Virus record (IMG/VR): IMGVR_UViG_3300000216_000003
Span: 1 to 64,000 of that record
Reading direction: 5' to 3' (one strand)
Length of the DNA stretch: 64,000 nt
DNA from: a virus
Below, one piece after another: positions 9,427 to 18,626 of this stretch (position 1 is the stretch's first letter; every line of letters starts with the position of its first letter). Position numbers and translations under genes: made by a program. The notes under the pieces were generated by a model. That model was not told where the DNA came from. It worked only from the letters and a program-made list of their open reading frames with translations, and did no database searches.

Positions 9427-9627
9427 TTAATCTTCACCCAGGTATTGTTGTAATTTTTCTTTTATTTCGATTGCTATATCACGCTCAATATATACAATTT
9501 CCATTCGATTAGCAGCATATATTAATACTAAATTCAATTTTCCATTGATAACATTTAAACTTATGGCTGGGCCATCTTTATCTGCTTCTTCTTTTACTAT
9601 TAATAAATGTTTATTATGAATTGTCAT
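9427..9627 (-). CDS. Small protein, family C-like
   Basis: Start MTIHNK at 9627 (ATGA coupling); ends KLQQYLGED. Confidence 0.7.
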   Translation of the reverse strand: MTIHNKHLLIVKEEADKDGPAISLNVINGKLNLVLIYAANRMEIVYIERDIAIEIKEKLQQYLGED

Positions 9628-9821
9628 GATGTTTCCAATAGCCATTTACCTAATGACTCATATAATTCTTTTATATCTTTTCTACTCATATGTGACGCAT
9701 TATCAGATGATACAAATCTGACATAATGCTGATTAGAATAGAATCTGATTATATGTCTATTGAATCTAGAACAATCATATAAACAGTCCTCATCTGCTTT
9801 TCTATTCCATGCGCCATTCAT
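9624..9821 (-). CDS. Small protein, family C, C-tagged
   Basis: Ends IKELYESLGKWLLETS. Confidence 0.75.
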   Translation of the reverse strand: MNGAWNRKADEDCLYDCSRFNRHIIRFYSNQHYVRFVSSDNASHMSRKDIKELYESLGKWLLETS

Positions 9822-10426
9822 ACCGAAATCAGTACCTCTTTCATAAGTGAATTTTTGGTACTTTGATATTTATCTGTTGCTAATAACCAAGCCGTCGTAA
9901 GTCGAAGTAATATACGGTTGCTATCAATATGTAGATGTTGAGGATAACTATTACGACTTTCAATTCCTAATTTATTCCCATACATAGTTACTTTAAATAA
10001 TATATTATTTAGAATACTTATATTTTTTACTTTTGGAGTCGTAGTTATATCTTTATTTAAAATATTTAATAGTAATTCCATTTCTTTATCACATGTATTT
10101 AAATATTTAATTACATCAATAGTTGAATATGTCTCGTGTAAAAAATCAACATCTTTAAAATTTATAATAGTTGTAATTAATTTACCTTCTCTGTTGCTTA
10201 ATGCTCTTAAAATAATATCCATAAATATTTGAAATGCTTTATCTTCAATGAATTTAGAATAGTAGTATTCAGATTCTAATACTGGAATGTTTTTAATTGT
10301 TAATCCATTATCAAACGTTAATTCTACACTAGCATTTATTTTAAATCTAATATTATCTTTATCGCAACTTTTATCATATATAGATCTAAATTTATGGAAT
10401 TTATCCCAATCAGTAATATCTCCCAT
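9818..10426 (-). CDS. Hypothetical protein, family D, C-tagged
   Basis: Ends KNSLMKEVLISV. Confidence 0.75.
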   Translation of the reverse strand: MGDITDWDKFHKFRSIYDKSCDKDNIRFKINASVELTFDNGLTIKNIPVLESEYYYSKFIEDKAFQIFMDIILRALSNREGKLITTIINFKDVDFLHETYSTIDVIKYLNTCDKEMELLLNILNKDITTTPKVKNISILNNILFKVTMYGNKLGIESRNSYPQHLHIDSNRILLRLTTAWLLATDKYQSTKNSLMKEVLISV

Positions 10427-11037
10427 TAAGCATTCTTTAATTTAGTATACATTAGTTTTCTATTAAATTCATCCATCTTACCACCTGCTTTCAAAATAGT
10501 AATAACACCTTTAAAATATTTAAAATATTCTTGTTTTTGTCTATCCCGATACATACCCATTTTTTCATTATTACTATAATATTTAAGATTCTGTATTCTT
10601 AACTTCATGAATGGAACATGAAACCCGATAATATTACCCATTAATTCAATTTCAAACAATTGACTTTTATATGAACAATTTCCATTAATATTTTCAAGGA
10701 AAAGCCAAAAGTCTTCGACTTCTGAAGTTGAAATAGATTCAAATATCTCTATTAATTTAGCCGGGTCTTTTACCTTCTTACTTAAAGTAGTGACACCTTT
10801 TAAGTGTTTACTTGTTGTTTTAGTAATATTAAATATATCAGTAATGAATTTAAATACTTTATAATCATTATCTGTCCATTTATTTAAGATATTTAGCGCT
10901 TCTTTAAATGTCTTATTTGAAGCTGCATTAATAACACATCCATTGATTGCAAGATCAATACCTTGCAATCGAATGGATTTATTAAAATCTGAAGATAATA
11001 ATGGTTGTAGTTCAACTAGTTCACAATCAACAGCCAT
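10426..11037 (-). CDS. Hypothetical protein, family D, C-tagged
   Basis: Ends FNRKLMYTKLKNA. Confidence 0.75.
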   Translation of the reverse strand: MAVDCELVELQPLLSSDFNKSIRLQGIDLAINGCVINAASNKTFKEALNILNKWTDNDYKVFKFITDIFNITKTTSKHLKGVTTLSKKVKDPAKLIEIFESISTSEVEDFWLFLENINGNCSYKSQLFEIELMGNIIGFHVPFMKLRIQNLKYYSNNEKMGMYRDRQKQEYFKYFKGVITILKAGGKMDEFNRKLMYTKLKNA

Positions 11038-11276
11038 TAAGCTTTTTCCAGTAATAGTTTACCCAACCACTCATATAATATTTTAACCTCTTTTCTTTCA
11101 AATGTGTTATATACCTTAACTTCAACAGTAGCGTCACCAACATCTAAATCTAAAGTATTACAAGCACTTAAAAATTCAGCACTAGATTTATCAAATGATA
11201 AGATATTACTACTACCCGAACTATTTCTTGTGTGAAATTCTATCTCACCAAATTCTTCTTCTTCGTATATAACCAT
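11037..11276 (-). CDS. Small protein, family C, C-tagged
   Basis: Ends VKILYEWLGKLLLEKA. Confidence 0.75.
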   Translation of the reverse strand: MVIYEEEEFGEIEFHTRNSSGSSNILSFDKSSAEFLSACNTLDLDVGDATVEVKVYNTFERKEVKILYEWLGKLLLEKA

Positions 11277-11506
11277 TAGGATGATCCTAGTAACATTTTA
11301 CTAATATAAGAATGTATAATTTTAAGGTTTTCTTTATTTAGAGTTATAGTTGCCGCTGCTGTCGTTTCTGATCCATAATCATTTATAATTTTAATTTGGG
11401 CACTTGCCCCATATTGAGATTCGATGGGATATATCGTAATATCTTGATATACCCCATCCATCTCTCTACTAGAAGTGTTAATTTGTAATTCTTCTAGATC
11501 ATCCAT
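11276..11506 (-). CDS. Small protein, family C, C-tagged
   Basis: Ends LKIIHSYISKMLLGSS. Confidence 0.75.
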   Translation of the reverse strand: MDDLEELQINTSSREMDGVYQDITIYPIESQYGASAQIKIINDYGSETTAAATITLNKENLKIIHSYISKMLLGSS

Positions 11507-12260
11507 CTTCTAATATATTCTCCCATGGAATATCAATACTATATGGAATTGGATCTTTCATTCCAGCTTTAGCAAAGTTCATAATCCGTTCTGAACAACT
11601 TGGACAGATGCCGCAACTATAGCAGACCTCTACAGGTTCAACATTTTTCAGATTATCAGGCTCTACTTTTAAACACTCTGTTGGATCATAACAAGTATGC
11701 GTATCGTCAAATGGTACATTTAATTCAATGCCAATTTTAATTTCATCTACTTTTGCCATATCAATAAATGGAGCTTCGATTGTAATTTGATATTTACGAT
11801 TAAGCATTGAAATGTCATTCATCAAATCCACAAAATTTCGAGAAGTATCCCAATACTGGTACTCATCATGGGCCTGAAGTCCTAAGAATATTTTTTTACA
11901 TCCATTGCTTTGGGCATATGATAATGCAATAGTAGAGAGCATCATATTTCTATATGGTACTTCAGTTACTGGTTGTGGATCGCCAATTACATCTTTAATA
12001 GTTGGCATTTTAACTGTTGAGTCTACTGCTAATGCAGACACATCTTTAATAATTGTCCCAAGAAAGGAAATATCAATAATATGATGTAATACATCAAGCT
12101 TCCGGCATGATATCTTCGCTTTCTCTACTTCAATAGAGTGGCGTTGACCATATTGAAATGTGAGAGCAAAGACATTCTCAGCTCCATATTCTTTAACTAG
12201 TTTATATAACAAAATTGTACTATCTAATCCACCACTAAGTACGCTTACAACTTTATCCAT
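11499..12260 (-). CDS. queC: 7-cyano-7-deazaguanine (preQ0) synthase
   Basis: SGGLDS PP-loop, YGQRH, VPYRN, THTCY, CGICPSC Zn site. Confidence 0.93.
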   Translation of the reverse strand: MDKVVSVLSGGLDSTILLYKLVKEYGAENVFALTFQYGQRHSIEVEKAKISCRKLDVLHHIIDISFLGTIIKDVSALAVDSTVKMPTIKDVIGDPQPVTEVPYRNMMLSTIALSYAQSNGCKKIFLGLQAHDEYQYWDTSRNFVDLMNDISMLNRKYQITIEAPFIDMAKVDEIKIGIELNVPFDDTHTCYDPTECLKVEPDNLKNVEPVEVCYSCGICPSCSERIMNFAKAGMKDPIPYSIDIPWENILEDG

Positions 12261-12348
12261 TCAAAATACCTCGCTATAATTACTAATGTTGCCGTTCCAT
12301 ATAAAACAATCAAAATCCATTTATTTATCGGAGTACATACCATATTAT

Positions 12349-12819
12349 TTAATCCCAGAGGTTAAAGTAGTATTTGCGGAATAAATCTAAACCTTCATCG
12401 ATTTTCGTTTGATCTTTTTTCTTAATTGCAAAATAATCCTGTCCATCAACAATTATTTTAAATGCAATAATCATCCGTTCAAGAATAGTCATCCACTTAT
12501 GAAACCCAGGATCGCCTTTAATAGGTGTAGCATAATCAGGAGTACCATCAGGTTTCATTTCGTATTCACTTAAAGAACCAGGATAACCATGGGTCATTAA
12601 ACGAAAACGAATTAACCGGGGGAGGATATATTCTGCTAATGTGATATCAAAGGACCATAAATCACTATCACTAAATCCCCGGGTTTTAATTTGTTTTTGG
12701 TATTTTTTCCAACCTTTTTTATAATCTTTTTTAGTTATTAGATTATTAGTTGGGTTATATTCCATATGTTTCTTCTTAATATTTAAACGTTTAATAAACT
12801 TCTTACTTGGTTTTAACAT
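12349..12819 (-). CDS. Conserved phage hypothetical protein (tandem paralogue)
   Basis: Likely start MLKPSKK at 12819; W..D..LA..ILPRL..FR..GYP..MI.AF..GLDLF..Y..LWD. Confidence 0.75.
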   Translation of the reverse strand: MLKPSKKFIKRLNIKKKHMEYNPTNNLITKKDYKKGWKKYQKQIKTRGFSDSDLWSFDITLAEYILPRLIRFRLMTHGYPGSLSEYEMKPDGTPDYATPIKGDPGFHKWMTILERMIIAFKIIVDGQDYFAIKKKDQTKIDEGLDLFRKYYFNLWD

Positions 12820-12820
12820 T

Positions 12821-13282
12821 TTACCACCATAGGTGTTGGTAATATTTATGGAATGCATCGAGTCCTCTTGTAATTCGAATATTATCTTTTTTTGACCACT
12901 CATGCCAATTATCATCTACAATCTTTCCATGGGCAAAAATCATATCATCAATAACATTTCGCCATTTTTTAAATGCTTTATTATTAGCTTTAACCATTGC
13001 TTTTTTAGATAGTTTACCAGATCCATCATCTAGATTTCCAATTGAGTCGAATGATTGATCGGAAAACTCAGATGGAAATCCATTCATATCTTTACGAAAT
13101 AATTTTAATCTTGGTAATGTAAATTCAGAAATAACTGAGCATAACGACCAACATTCAGTTGAACTTAACCCGGTTTTCTTTAATTGTTTCATATGATGTT
13201 TATATCGCTTATCTTTTTTATCTATATATAATGGTTTTTTTGTTGACCATTTAGTTAACATCTTCTTCTTATCTTTCTTCAA
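12821..13282 (-). CDS. Conserved phage hypothetical protein (tandem paralogue of 12349)
   Basis: LPRLKLFR..GFP..DMIFAH..GLDAFHKYYQHLWW. Confidence 0.75.
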   Translation of the reverse strand: MKKDKKKMLTKWSTKKPLYIDKKDKRYKHHMKQLKKTGLSSTECWSLCSVISEFTLPRLKLFRKDMNGFPSEFSDQSFDSIGNLDDGSGKLSKKAMVKANNKAFKKWRNVIDDMIFAHGKIVDDNWHEWSKKDNIRITRGLDAFHKYYQHLWW

Positions 13283-13550
13283 AATATTCAGCCCTCGCTA
13301 CAGTAGTTTCCATATCATCTTCATCTTCATCCATTGACCAGTTTACATCACACTCTTTACATCGATCCCATAAAAGATTTAAGACATGGGGATTTTCCCA
13401 ATCTCCCCGATTGAGATATGAACAATATCCATTATCTTGTTTTGGTTTATCAATAAATATAAACCAAAATGGACATATTACTTTATTCCCATTTAAGTCA
13501 TACGAGTAACAATAACCACCTTCAGGTATTATTTGATCTAGCCGAGTCAT
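13269..13550 (-). CDS. Cys-rich hypothetical protein
   Basis: IPEGGYCY..CPFW..GYCSYL..LWDRCKEC. Confidence 0.75.
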   Translation of the reverse strand: MTRLDQIIPEGGYCYSYDLNGNKVICPFWFIFIDKPKQDNGYCSYLNRGDWENPHVLNLLWDRCKECDVNWSMDEDEDDMETTVARAEYFEER

Positions 13551-13563
13551 TTATTTACCTTTG

Positions 13564-13612
13564 AAAATATAATGAATGGGTAGAAATATTTATAACTACC
13601 CATTCATATTTT
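13564..13612 (-). terminator. Hairpin/terminator
   Basis: ATGAATGGGTAG / CTACCCATTCAT inverted repeat. Confidence 0.6.
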
Positions 13613-13865
13613 ACCTGTCTGCAAGTCGGTCAAGTTCTTTTTTATATTGTTCAAGCCGTTGATTACTTATACTTGTATATTGTTCATGAGACATACCGAT
13701 TACGTTCAATATTGTGTCTTTAATAGAAACGGTATATGAAGCAAATGATTCATTAAGCAGCAATCCAACAGAAAACCACAAAATCTGGACACGACTATAC
13801 TTATATTCTGTATTTTCAATATATAGCAATTTAGGCCACTTATGCAATTCAAAGAATAACATCAT
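13611..13865 (-). CDS. Hypothetical protein
   Basis: Coupled to the queD stop. Confidence 0.65.
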   Translation of the reverse strand: MMLFFELHKWPKLLYIENTEYKYSRVQILWFSVGLLLNESFASYTVSIKDTILNVIGMSHEQYTSISNQRLEQYKKELDRLADR

Positions 13866-14470
13866 GTTACTTGTTGCTCAACTGCCTTATTAAAGAATTC
13901 AGATTCGATAGAGTCAAGTTTGATATTATTGAATAATTCACGATCAGTCCAGTCATTCATTACATCTTCACTAAACTCAATCATATCAATATCAATATGG
14001 CCCATAGTATCAATATAATCATAGACATCTCGGACGCCACATTCTGCGTATCCAGTATCCGTTTCATGTACACGAATGGATTTAAGAGTAACTTCTCCTT
14101 CACCATTTGCCATTTTGGTTTTCTCGAGAATCTTATCTACTAAGAGGAATAGTACTCGAGAGAGTTGTTCAGCACTTGGATTAACTGGAATACTAATCCA
14201 TCGGGCACTGTGTTTTTTGATTGAATCAATATAATCACCATTATCTTGATCCCAGAAGACAGTAGCATGATCAAATGAATCAATAATATCTTTAATATTA
14301 CCTTTCATTAGACCAAAGTCATACACCATCTGACCATTATCTAAGTACTTCGAATCCAGCATTACTTCTACTTTATAACTATGTCCATGAATACTATATT
14401 TACAACGATCTGTACTACAGTTACGCACAACATGGGCATTTTCAAATTTGTAAAGTTTTCTAATAATCAT
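13862..14470 (-). CDS. queD: 6-carboxy-5,6,7,8-tetrahydropterin synthase (long, Campylobacterota-type)
   Basis: IIRKLYKFENAHVVRNC..RC..SIHGHSYKVEV, VYDFGL, SFDHA, PSAE, VHETDTGYA. Confidence 0.92.
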   Translation of the reverse strand: MIIRKLYKFENAHVVRNCSTDRCKYSIHGHSYKVEVMLDSKYLDNGQMVYDFGLMKGNIKDIIDSFDHATVFWDQDNGDYIDSIKKHSARWISIPVNPSAEQLSRVLFLLVDKILEKTKMANGEGEVTLKSIRVHETDTGYAECGVRDVYDYIDTMGHIDIDMIEFSEDVMNDWTDRELFNNIKLDSIESEFFNKAVEQQVT

Positions 14471-14666
14471 CTTCGTCTTCTACCTCATCAGCAAAACAAT
14501 TAATGTCATAATCTTCTTCTGTATTTGTATAATCTATAATAGCATGTGTTATATTAGTTTGTTCTTTAGCTAGTTTAATAGCTTCTTCTTCTGAATTAGC
14601 TTCTACTATTCCAAGAAAAACTGTCATATCTACAGATGCATGCACTTCGTATCTTTTCTTACTCAT
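14460..14666 (-). CDS. Small acidic protein (EA.S.EEA..A motif)
   Basis: Likely start MSKKRY at 14666; paralogue of 14897. Confidence 0.65.
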   Translation of the reverse strand: MSKKRYEVHASVDMTVFLGIVEANSEEEAIKLAKEQTNITHAIIDYTNTEEDYDINCFADEVEDEDDY

Positions 14667-14904
14667 CTTCTTCACCGTCTGTAAAAATCTCTTTAATCTC
14701 TTTTCTTGATATTGGAAATTTTCCTTGAACTTGTCCACAGTCTAAGCAAATATCAATATTAATATAGTCACCTCCATTATCAAATATCATAGCATACCCT
14801 TGATAATCAACATTATCACTTTCAATATTCACCCATGCCATATCGCTACATTTACCACCAACAATTGCGATACGGGGACTATTACATTTAGTACACTCAG
14901 ACAT
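14659..14904 (-). CDS. Zn-binding hypothetical protein
   Basis: Likely start MSECTKC at 14904; KCSD..GGDY..CLDCGQVQG. Confidence 0.7.
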   Translation of the reverse strand: MSECTKCNSPRIAIVGGKCSDMAWVNIESDNVDYQGYAMIFDNGGDYINIDICLDCGQVQGKFPISRKEIKEIFTDGEEDE

Positions 14905-15082
14905 TTTTAATCTCCAATACTTTAATTTCGGGAATATCAAATTCTAATTCTTCAAAAATTTTATCATGTAGCTCTTCTGATCTGGTTTCAGCTATTTTCC
15001 GAGCTTCTTCATAAGAATCTGCTTTAACTTCTCCAAGATGATTAGTGATATAATATTCTGCAACTAGTTCATATGTAGGCAT
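14897..15082 (-). CDS. Small acidic protein
   Basis: VKADSYEEARKIA; paralogue of 14460. Confidence 0.65.
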   Translation of the reverse strand: MPTYELVAEYYITNHLGEVKADSYEEARKIAETRSEELHDKIFEELEFDIPEIKVLEIKNV

Positions 15083-15309
15083 TTAACTATACTCCAGTAT
15101 AAGTCGTGAAACTGTCTTTTGATCTAGAGTGGATTTACCATCTTTGAGCCATTGAATCCAATCTACTTTTGATAGTTTATTGCCTTTAATATACCAAGCT
15201 TCTCGATTATTGCTATTGGTATGTATAAGAGCTGGACCATCTTCTCGATGTAGAATTCCGTCTCCATTTGTCCATTGTCGATCCCCCAGATATTTTTCTG
15301 TCCATTCAT
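15083..15309 (-). pseudogene. HREDGPA-repeat protein, C-tagged, frameshifted in a G5 tract
   Basis: SD plus ATG at 15309 gives MNGQKNIWG; adding one G at 15283-15287 restores DRQWTNGDGILHREDGPA...KTVSRLILEYS*. Confidence 0.7.
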
Positions 15310-15346
15310 ATTAATTTCCTTAAAAATAATAAGTAGATTATAACAT

Positions 15347-15358
15347 ATAATATCTATA
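15347..15358 (-). promoter_or_regulatory. Phage promoter core TATAGATATTAT
   Basis: Motif copy upstream of the start at 15309. Confidence 0.65.
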
Positions 15359-15374
15359 TATAGAATTAGAAAAA

Positions 15375-15785
15375 TTAATTATACTTTAATATATTATAAG
15401 TTATTTTACTAGTTATTTCACCTTTATAATATTTATGGAACCATTCTTTCCATTCTATAAATGATAGTTTAATTCCATTAATATACCATTCTGGAATACC
15501 TTTAACTGGGTCAACAGCTGGACCAATCTCACAATGCAGTAATCCATACTTCCACCACTCGGTTATTTCATTCTCAACATTGACGGCTGGAGCATCTCTT
15601 CTGTGTAATTTTCCATAATAATACCAGTTCTGCTCAAGTTCTGTTATTATTGCAGGACCATCTAAACGATGTAGTTTGCCATGTTTAAACCAAAACTCAT
15701 TGCCATTTGGTTTAATAATAGCAGGACCATTCTTTCGATGGTATCTATCTTGCTTATCTAACCAATATTTAGTTTTATCAGTCAT
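15375..15785 (-). CDS. HRxDGPA-repeat protein, C-tagged
   Basis: Four HRxxGPA-type repeats; ends ITYNILKYN. Confidence 0.8.
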   Translation of the reverse strand: MTDKTKYWLDKQDRYHRKNGPAIIKPNGNEFWFKHGKLHRLDGPAIITELEQNWYYYGKLHRRDAPAVNVENEITEWWKYGLLHCEIGPAVDPVKGIPEWYINGIKLSFIEWKEWFHKYYKGEITSKITYNILKYN

Positions 15786-15813
15786 TTGTTTTCCTATTTT
15801 TTAAACATGTTGA

Positions 15814-15825
15814 TATAGATATAAT
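15814..15825 (+). promoter_or_regulatory. Phage promoter core TATAGATATAAT
   Basis: Heads the plus-strand operon 15905-17280. Confidence 0.7.
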
Positions 15826-15904
15826 AAATAAGGTAAAAAATCACGATCTTATTATTACTTAATAAAGTGATCGTATATAAAACTTAAATAAAGGAGCGAA
15901 CTAA

Positions 15905-16144
15905 ATGGAACCGTATACATTATGCAAATTCGATATAAATATATACCCAAAAGACTTTGGAAAAGATAAAGATCCATATATTGCAGAAGTTACAAAAATA
16001 ATGAATAATGAGATATATTTAATATATATGGGAGATATTCCCAATATGCCTGGACACTGCCTTGTTATAGGATATGAAACAGGGAAACCATATATAGCTT
16101 ATCATCCAGAATGTTTTATTCCTATTTTAATGGAGGAGTTGTAG
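15905..16144 (+). CDS. Hypothetical protein (tandem paralogue)
   Basis: YMGDIPNMPGHC..YH; SD AAGGAG. Confidence 0.75.
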   Translation: MEPYTLCKFDINIYPKDFGKDKDPYIAEVTKIMNNEIYLIYMGDIPNMPGHCLVIGYETGKPYIAYHPECFIPILMEEL

Positions 16145-16145
16145 A

Positions 16146-16355
16146 ATGATTCGGCAATATGCAAGATGTTGGTTATCACCAGATTCAGTTAATGATGAGG
16201 TGTTTAAACGAAAATTCAAGAAGGAATCGTTTCTTGTTTATATAGGAGAAATTCCAAATATGCCTGGACATTGCATAGTAGCTGGGTGGGATAGCGGTAA
16301 ACTATATTCTGGATACCATACTGATACTTTTATAGAAATTGGAGATGATGAATGA
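16146..16355 (+). CDS. Hypothetical protein (tandem paralogue of 15905)
   Basis: YIGEIPNMPGHC..YH. Confidence 0.75.
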   Translation: MIRQYARCWLSPDSVNDEVFKRKFKKESFLVYIGEIPNMPGHCIVAGWDSGKLYSGYHTDTFIEIGDDE

Positions 16356-16645
16356 GAAATGATGAATTCGCAAGTCAATATAAAGACTTGCAAATAAAAT
16401 GTGCAAACTATGTAAAATGCTATCCAAGATCCGTTTATAATATCTGGAAACCGGAAGGAGAAGTACATACACCTCCTATGATTGAAGATATTGAATTGGA
16501 CGCCCAAGATCCTAACTCATGGTCATTTGAAGGTACTTATGCTGGAAGTTTAGTCTTCAATTGTGATCCATATGATAATACAGTTTTTGCCGTTATAAAT
16601 AGAGAAGGTAGAATTAAAATAGTAGGTAATGGGGATTATGAATAA
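16352..16645 (+). CDS. Hypothetical protein
   Basis: Coupled ORF. Confidence 0.65.
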   Translation: MRNDEFASQYKDLQIKCANYVKCYPRSVYNIWKPEGEVHTPPMIEDIELDAQDPNSWSFEGTYAGSLVFNCDPYDNTVFAVINREGRIKIVGNGDYE

Positions 16646-17063
16646 TAATTATCTATCTAATTACATACTAGAAATGTCACAATTAGTAGGTGAATTAGAT
16701 GAAATATTAAAATTAGTATCTATAGAGATAAAAAGAAAGTTATTAGTCAGAAAACCCATCCACTATGTTATATTAAAAGATATGATCGATGATGGAGAAA
16801 TATCTTTAATACCAAGATGGGCGGGGGTAAATCAAAAGAATTATAATGGTGCTTTAGATATTTTAAATGAGATTCTTTATACAAGATACAAATTTGTCGG
16901 TCCTGTATTACATGCTACAATTATATACTGGATAAAGAGTCCATTAGAAATGAAGAACATTAGAATATATTCTGGTAGACCTGATGATTTAGATATTATT
17001 ATGACTATTAAATCAAATGAAAAAGTTAAATACAAACAGATGGAGATAAGTAATGAAGAGTGA
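16629..17063 (+). CDS. Hypothetical protein
   Basis: Coupled ORF. Confidence 0.65.
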   Translation: MGIMNNNYLSNYILEMSQLVGELDEILKLVSIEIKRKLLVRKPIHYVILKDMIDDGEISLIPRWAGVNQKNYNGALDILNEILYTRYKFVGPVLHATIIYWIKSPLEMKNIRIYSGRPDDLDIIMTIKSNEKVKYKQMEISNEE

Positions 17064-17280
17064 ATACTATACTTATATAAGAGCAGATATTGAATCTAAA
17101 ATTATGGAAGTAGCTGATAGAGAATTATCATATCATCCAAATCCAGATATATCAAGTACATTTGCCAGAAAAATAAATAATGCATACTTCGACTGCCGTC
17201 GAATGTTAGATGCATATGAAAACCAAAATAGTCAAGAAGAATGGGTTTCTGCCTATCTTGATTACAATTCAGAAGAGTAG
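17053..17280 (+). CDS. Hypothetical protein
   Basis: Last gene before a convergent terminator. Confidence 0.65.
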   Translation: MKSEYYTYIRADIESKIMEVADRELSYHPNPDISSTFARKINNAYFDCRRMLDAYENQNSQEEWVSAYLDYNSEE

Positions 17281-17283
17281 AAC

Positions 17284-17312
17284 AAAGGGTGCCCTTTCGG
17301 GCACTCTTTTTA
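17284..17312. terminator. Bidirectional terminator
   Basis: AAAGGGTGCCC-TTTC-GGGCACTCTTTT between convergent genes. Confidence 0.75.
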
Positions 17313-17672
17313 TTTAAGAAGTGTATTTTCAAGTACCCGAATAATGTGATGTTTACTTTCTTCTATATTATCCGCACAGACAAATCGATCAAAAGCCAAG
17401 TCATTAAATCTACCAAGTAGAAGTTCTAAGACTTCGTGGAGGGCGTATTTTTTAACTAGCTTTTTAGTAGGTTTTATGTTCCATTGATCATTCATCGTAA
17501 TGCGGGCAGACTTTGCTCTATAATCCATTTCACACATTGCAAAATAGTCATTTGTCATAAATGAATCAAGTACGACTTCTAAATGATAATTTATAAGTCC
17601 AAATTTCTTCTGCCATTTAAACACTTCTTTTTTAAATAATTTAAATTGTTTTTCTGTTATGTTATATTTCAT
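17310..17672 (-). CDS. Zincin-like hypothetical protein
   Basis: ALHEVLEL (HExxE variant), E..H. Confidence 0.6.
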   Translation of the reverse strand: MKYNITEKQFKLFKKEVFKWQKKFGLINYHLEVVLDSFMTNDYFAMCEMDYRAKSARITMNDQWNIKPTKKLVKKYALHEVLELLLGRFNDLAFDRFVCADNIEESKHHIIRVLENTLLK

Positions 17673-17696
17673 ATATTCTCCAAATAAAACATACCC

Positions 17697-18626
17697 CTAT
17701 TTAAGGGGTATGCCGTTTGACCGTTTGATTGCTTCGATTATACGTTCAGCTGATTTAGATACCGATTTAGCCCAAAGAGCCTTAATATCCACTTCAATAG
17801 TAAATTTCTTCATTAATTCTAATAGTTCTTCTTTATTATACGTATATGGAACTGTCATATATCGAATATTAGCAAATGGAAGAGGTCCGATGTATAGTTC
17901 GTTTCTATTTTTAATTGGAGTTATTAAATCATTAAAGATTTTTTGGTTTTTAATATTAATAGGAACAAATTTACCAGCCATCATAGGTTTAAATGTTTCA
18001 GTTTGAGTAAGTGTATTGTATAGTTTCATACCAACAACGCCGGCAGGTTCTTTTTTATATACACCTGTACCAAACTTACCATTCGATCCAATATAAGAGA
18101 AATCTCCAGACTTTGAATCAGTTATGATTCGATTCCAGCTTTTATTAGCAAGATCGTTTAATGCTTTAGTTGTATCGACCTTTCCATTAATTTTTTTATT
18201 TAGAGCGATATCTTCAACTAATGCCCGAATAAAGTCTTTAGTGACTCCTGAATACTCATTTCGTACAACAGGGATTCCAGTATATTTAATCTTCGGGGTA
18301 TCATATGTTCGACCCTCTTTTGATGTAGCAGCATAAGCATAGTTTTTCTTAACATCTAAGAATAATATACTTTCGGCTGTGAGTTCAGTTTTATAGAAAG
18401 TCATATTATGTTCAGGTGCGACATTCATCTTCTTGAGTAAATGGTCAACTGTAAATCTTTCAATTACATCATTTAATTCAGTACCAACTTGATCTGCAAA
18501 TTTAACACCTTCTTCTGGATCTTTTGGTTTAAGAGAAGGGACATTAATATATAATGAATCGGTATCACTATAAAGTACATATTTAAGTGGATTATCTACA
18601 TCATCAAAGAAAGTTTTTTTAATCAT
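17697..18626 (-). CDS. Family B DNA polymerase, C-terminal (palm-thumb) half of a split enzyme
   Basis: Starts just before YSDTDSLY (region I); KKNYA; KYTGIPVVR; no exonuclease, motif A or motif B. Confidence 0.85.
   Translation of the reverse strand: MIKKTFFDDVDNPLKYVLYSDTDSLYINVPSLKPKDPEEGVKFADQVGTELNDVIERFTVDHLLKKMNVAPEHNMTFYKTELTAESILFLDVKKNYAYAATSKEGRTYDTPKIKYTGIPVVRNEYSGVTKDFIRALVEDIALNKKINGKVDTTKALNDLANKSWNRIITDSKSGDFSYIGSNGKFGTGVYKKEPAGVVGMKLYNTLTQTETFKPMMAGKFVPINIKNQKIFNDLITPIKNRNELYIGPLPFANIRYMTVPYTYNKEELLELMKKFTIEVDIKALWAKSVSKSAERIIEAIKRSNGIPLK

Noticed and set aside
8193-11506. Integron-like cassette array with attC sites
   Set aside because: Genes abut or overlap (TAATG/ATGA), leaving no room for attC-like palindromes, and no integrase is in the window.
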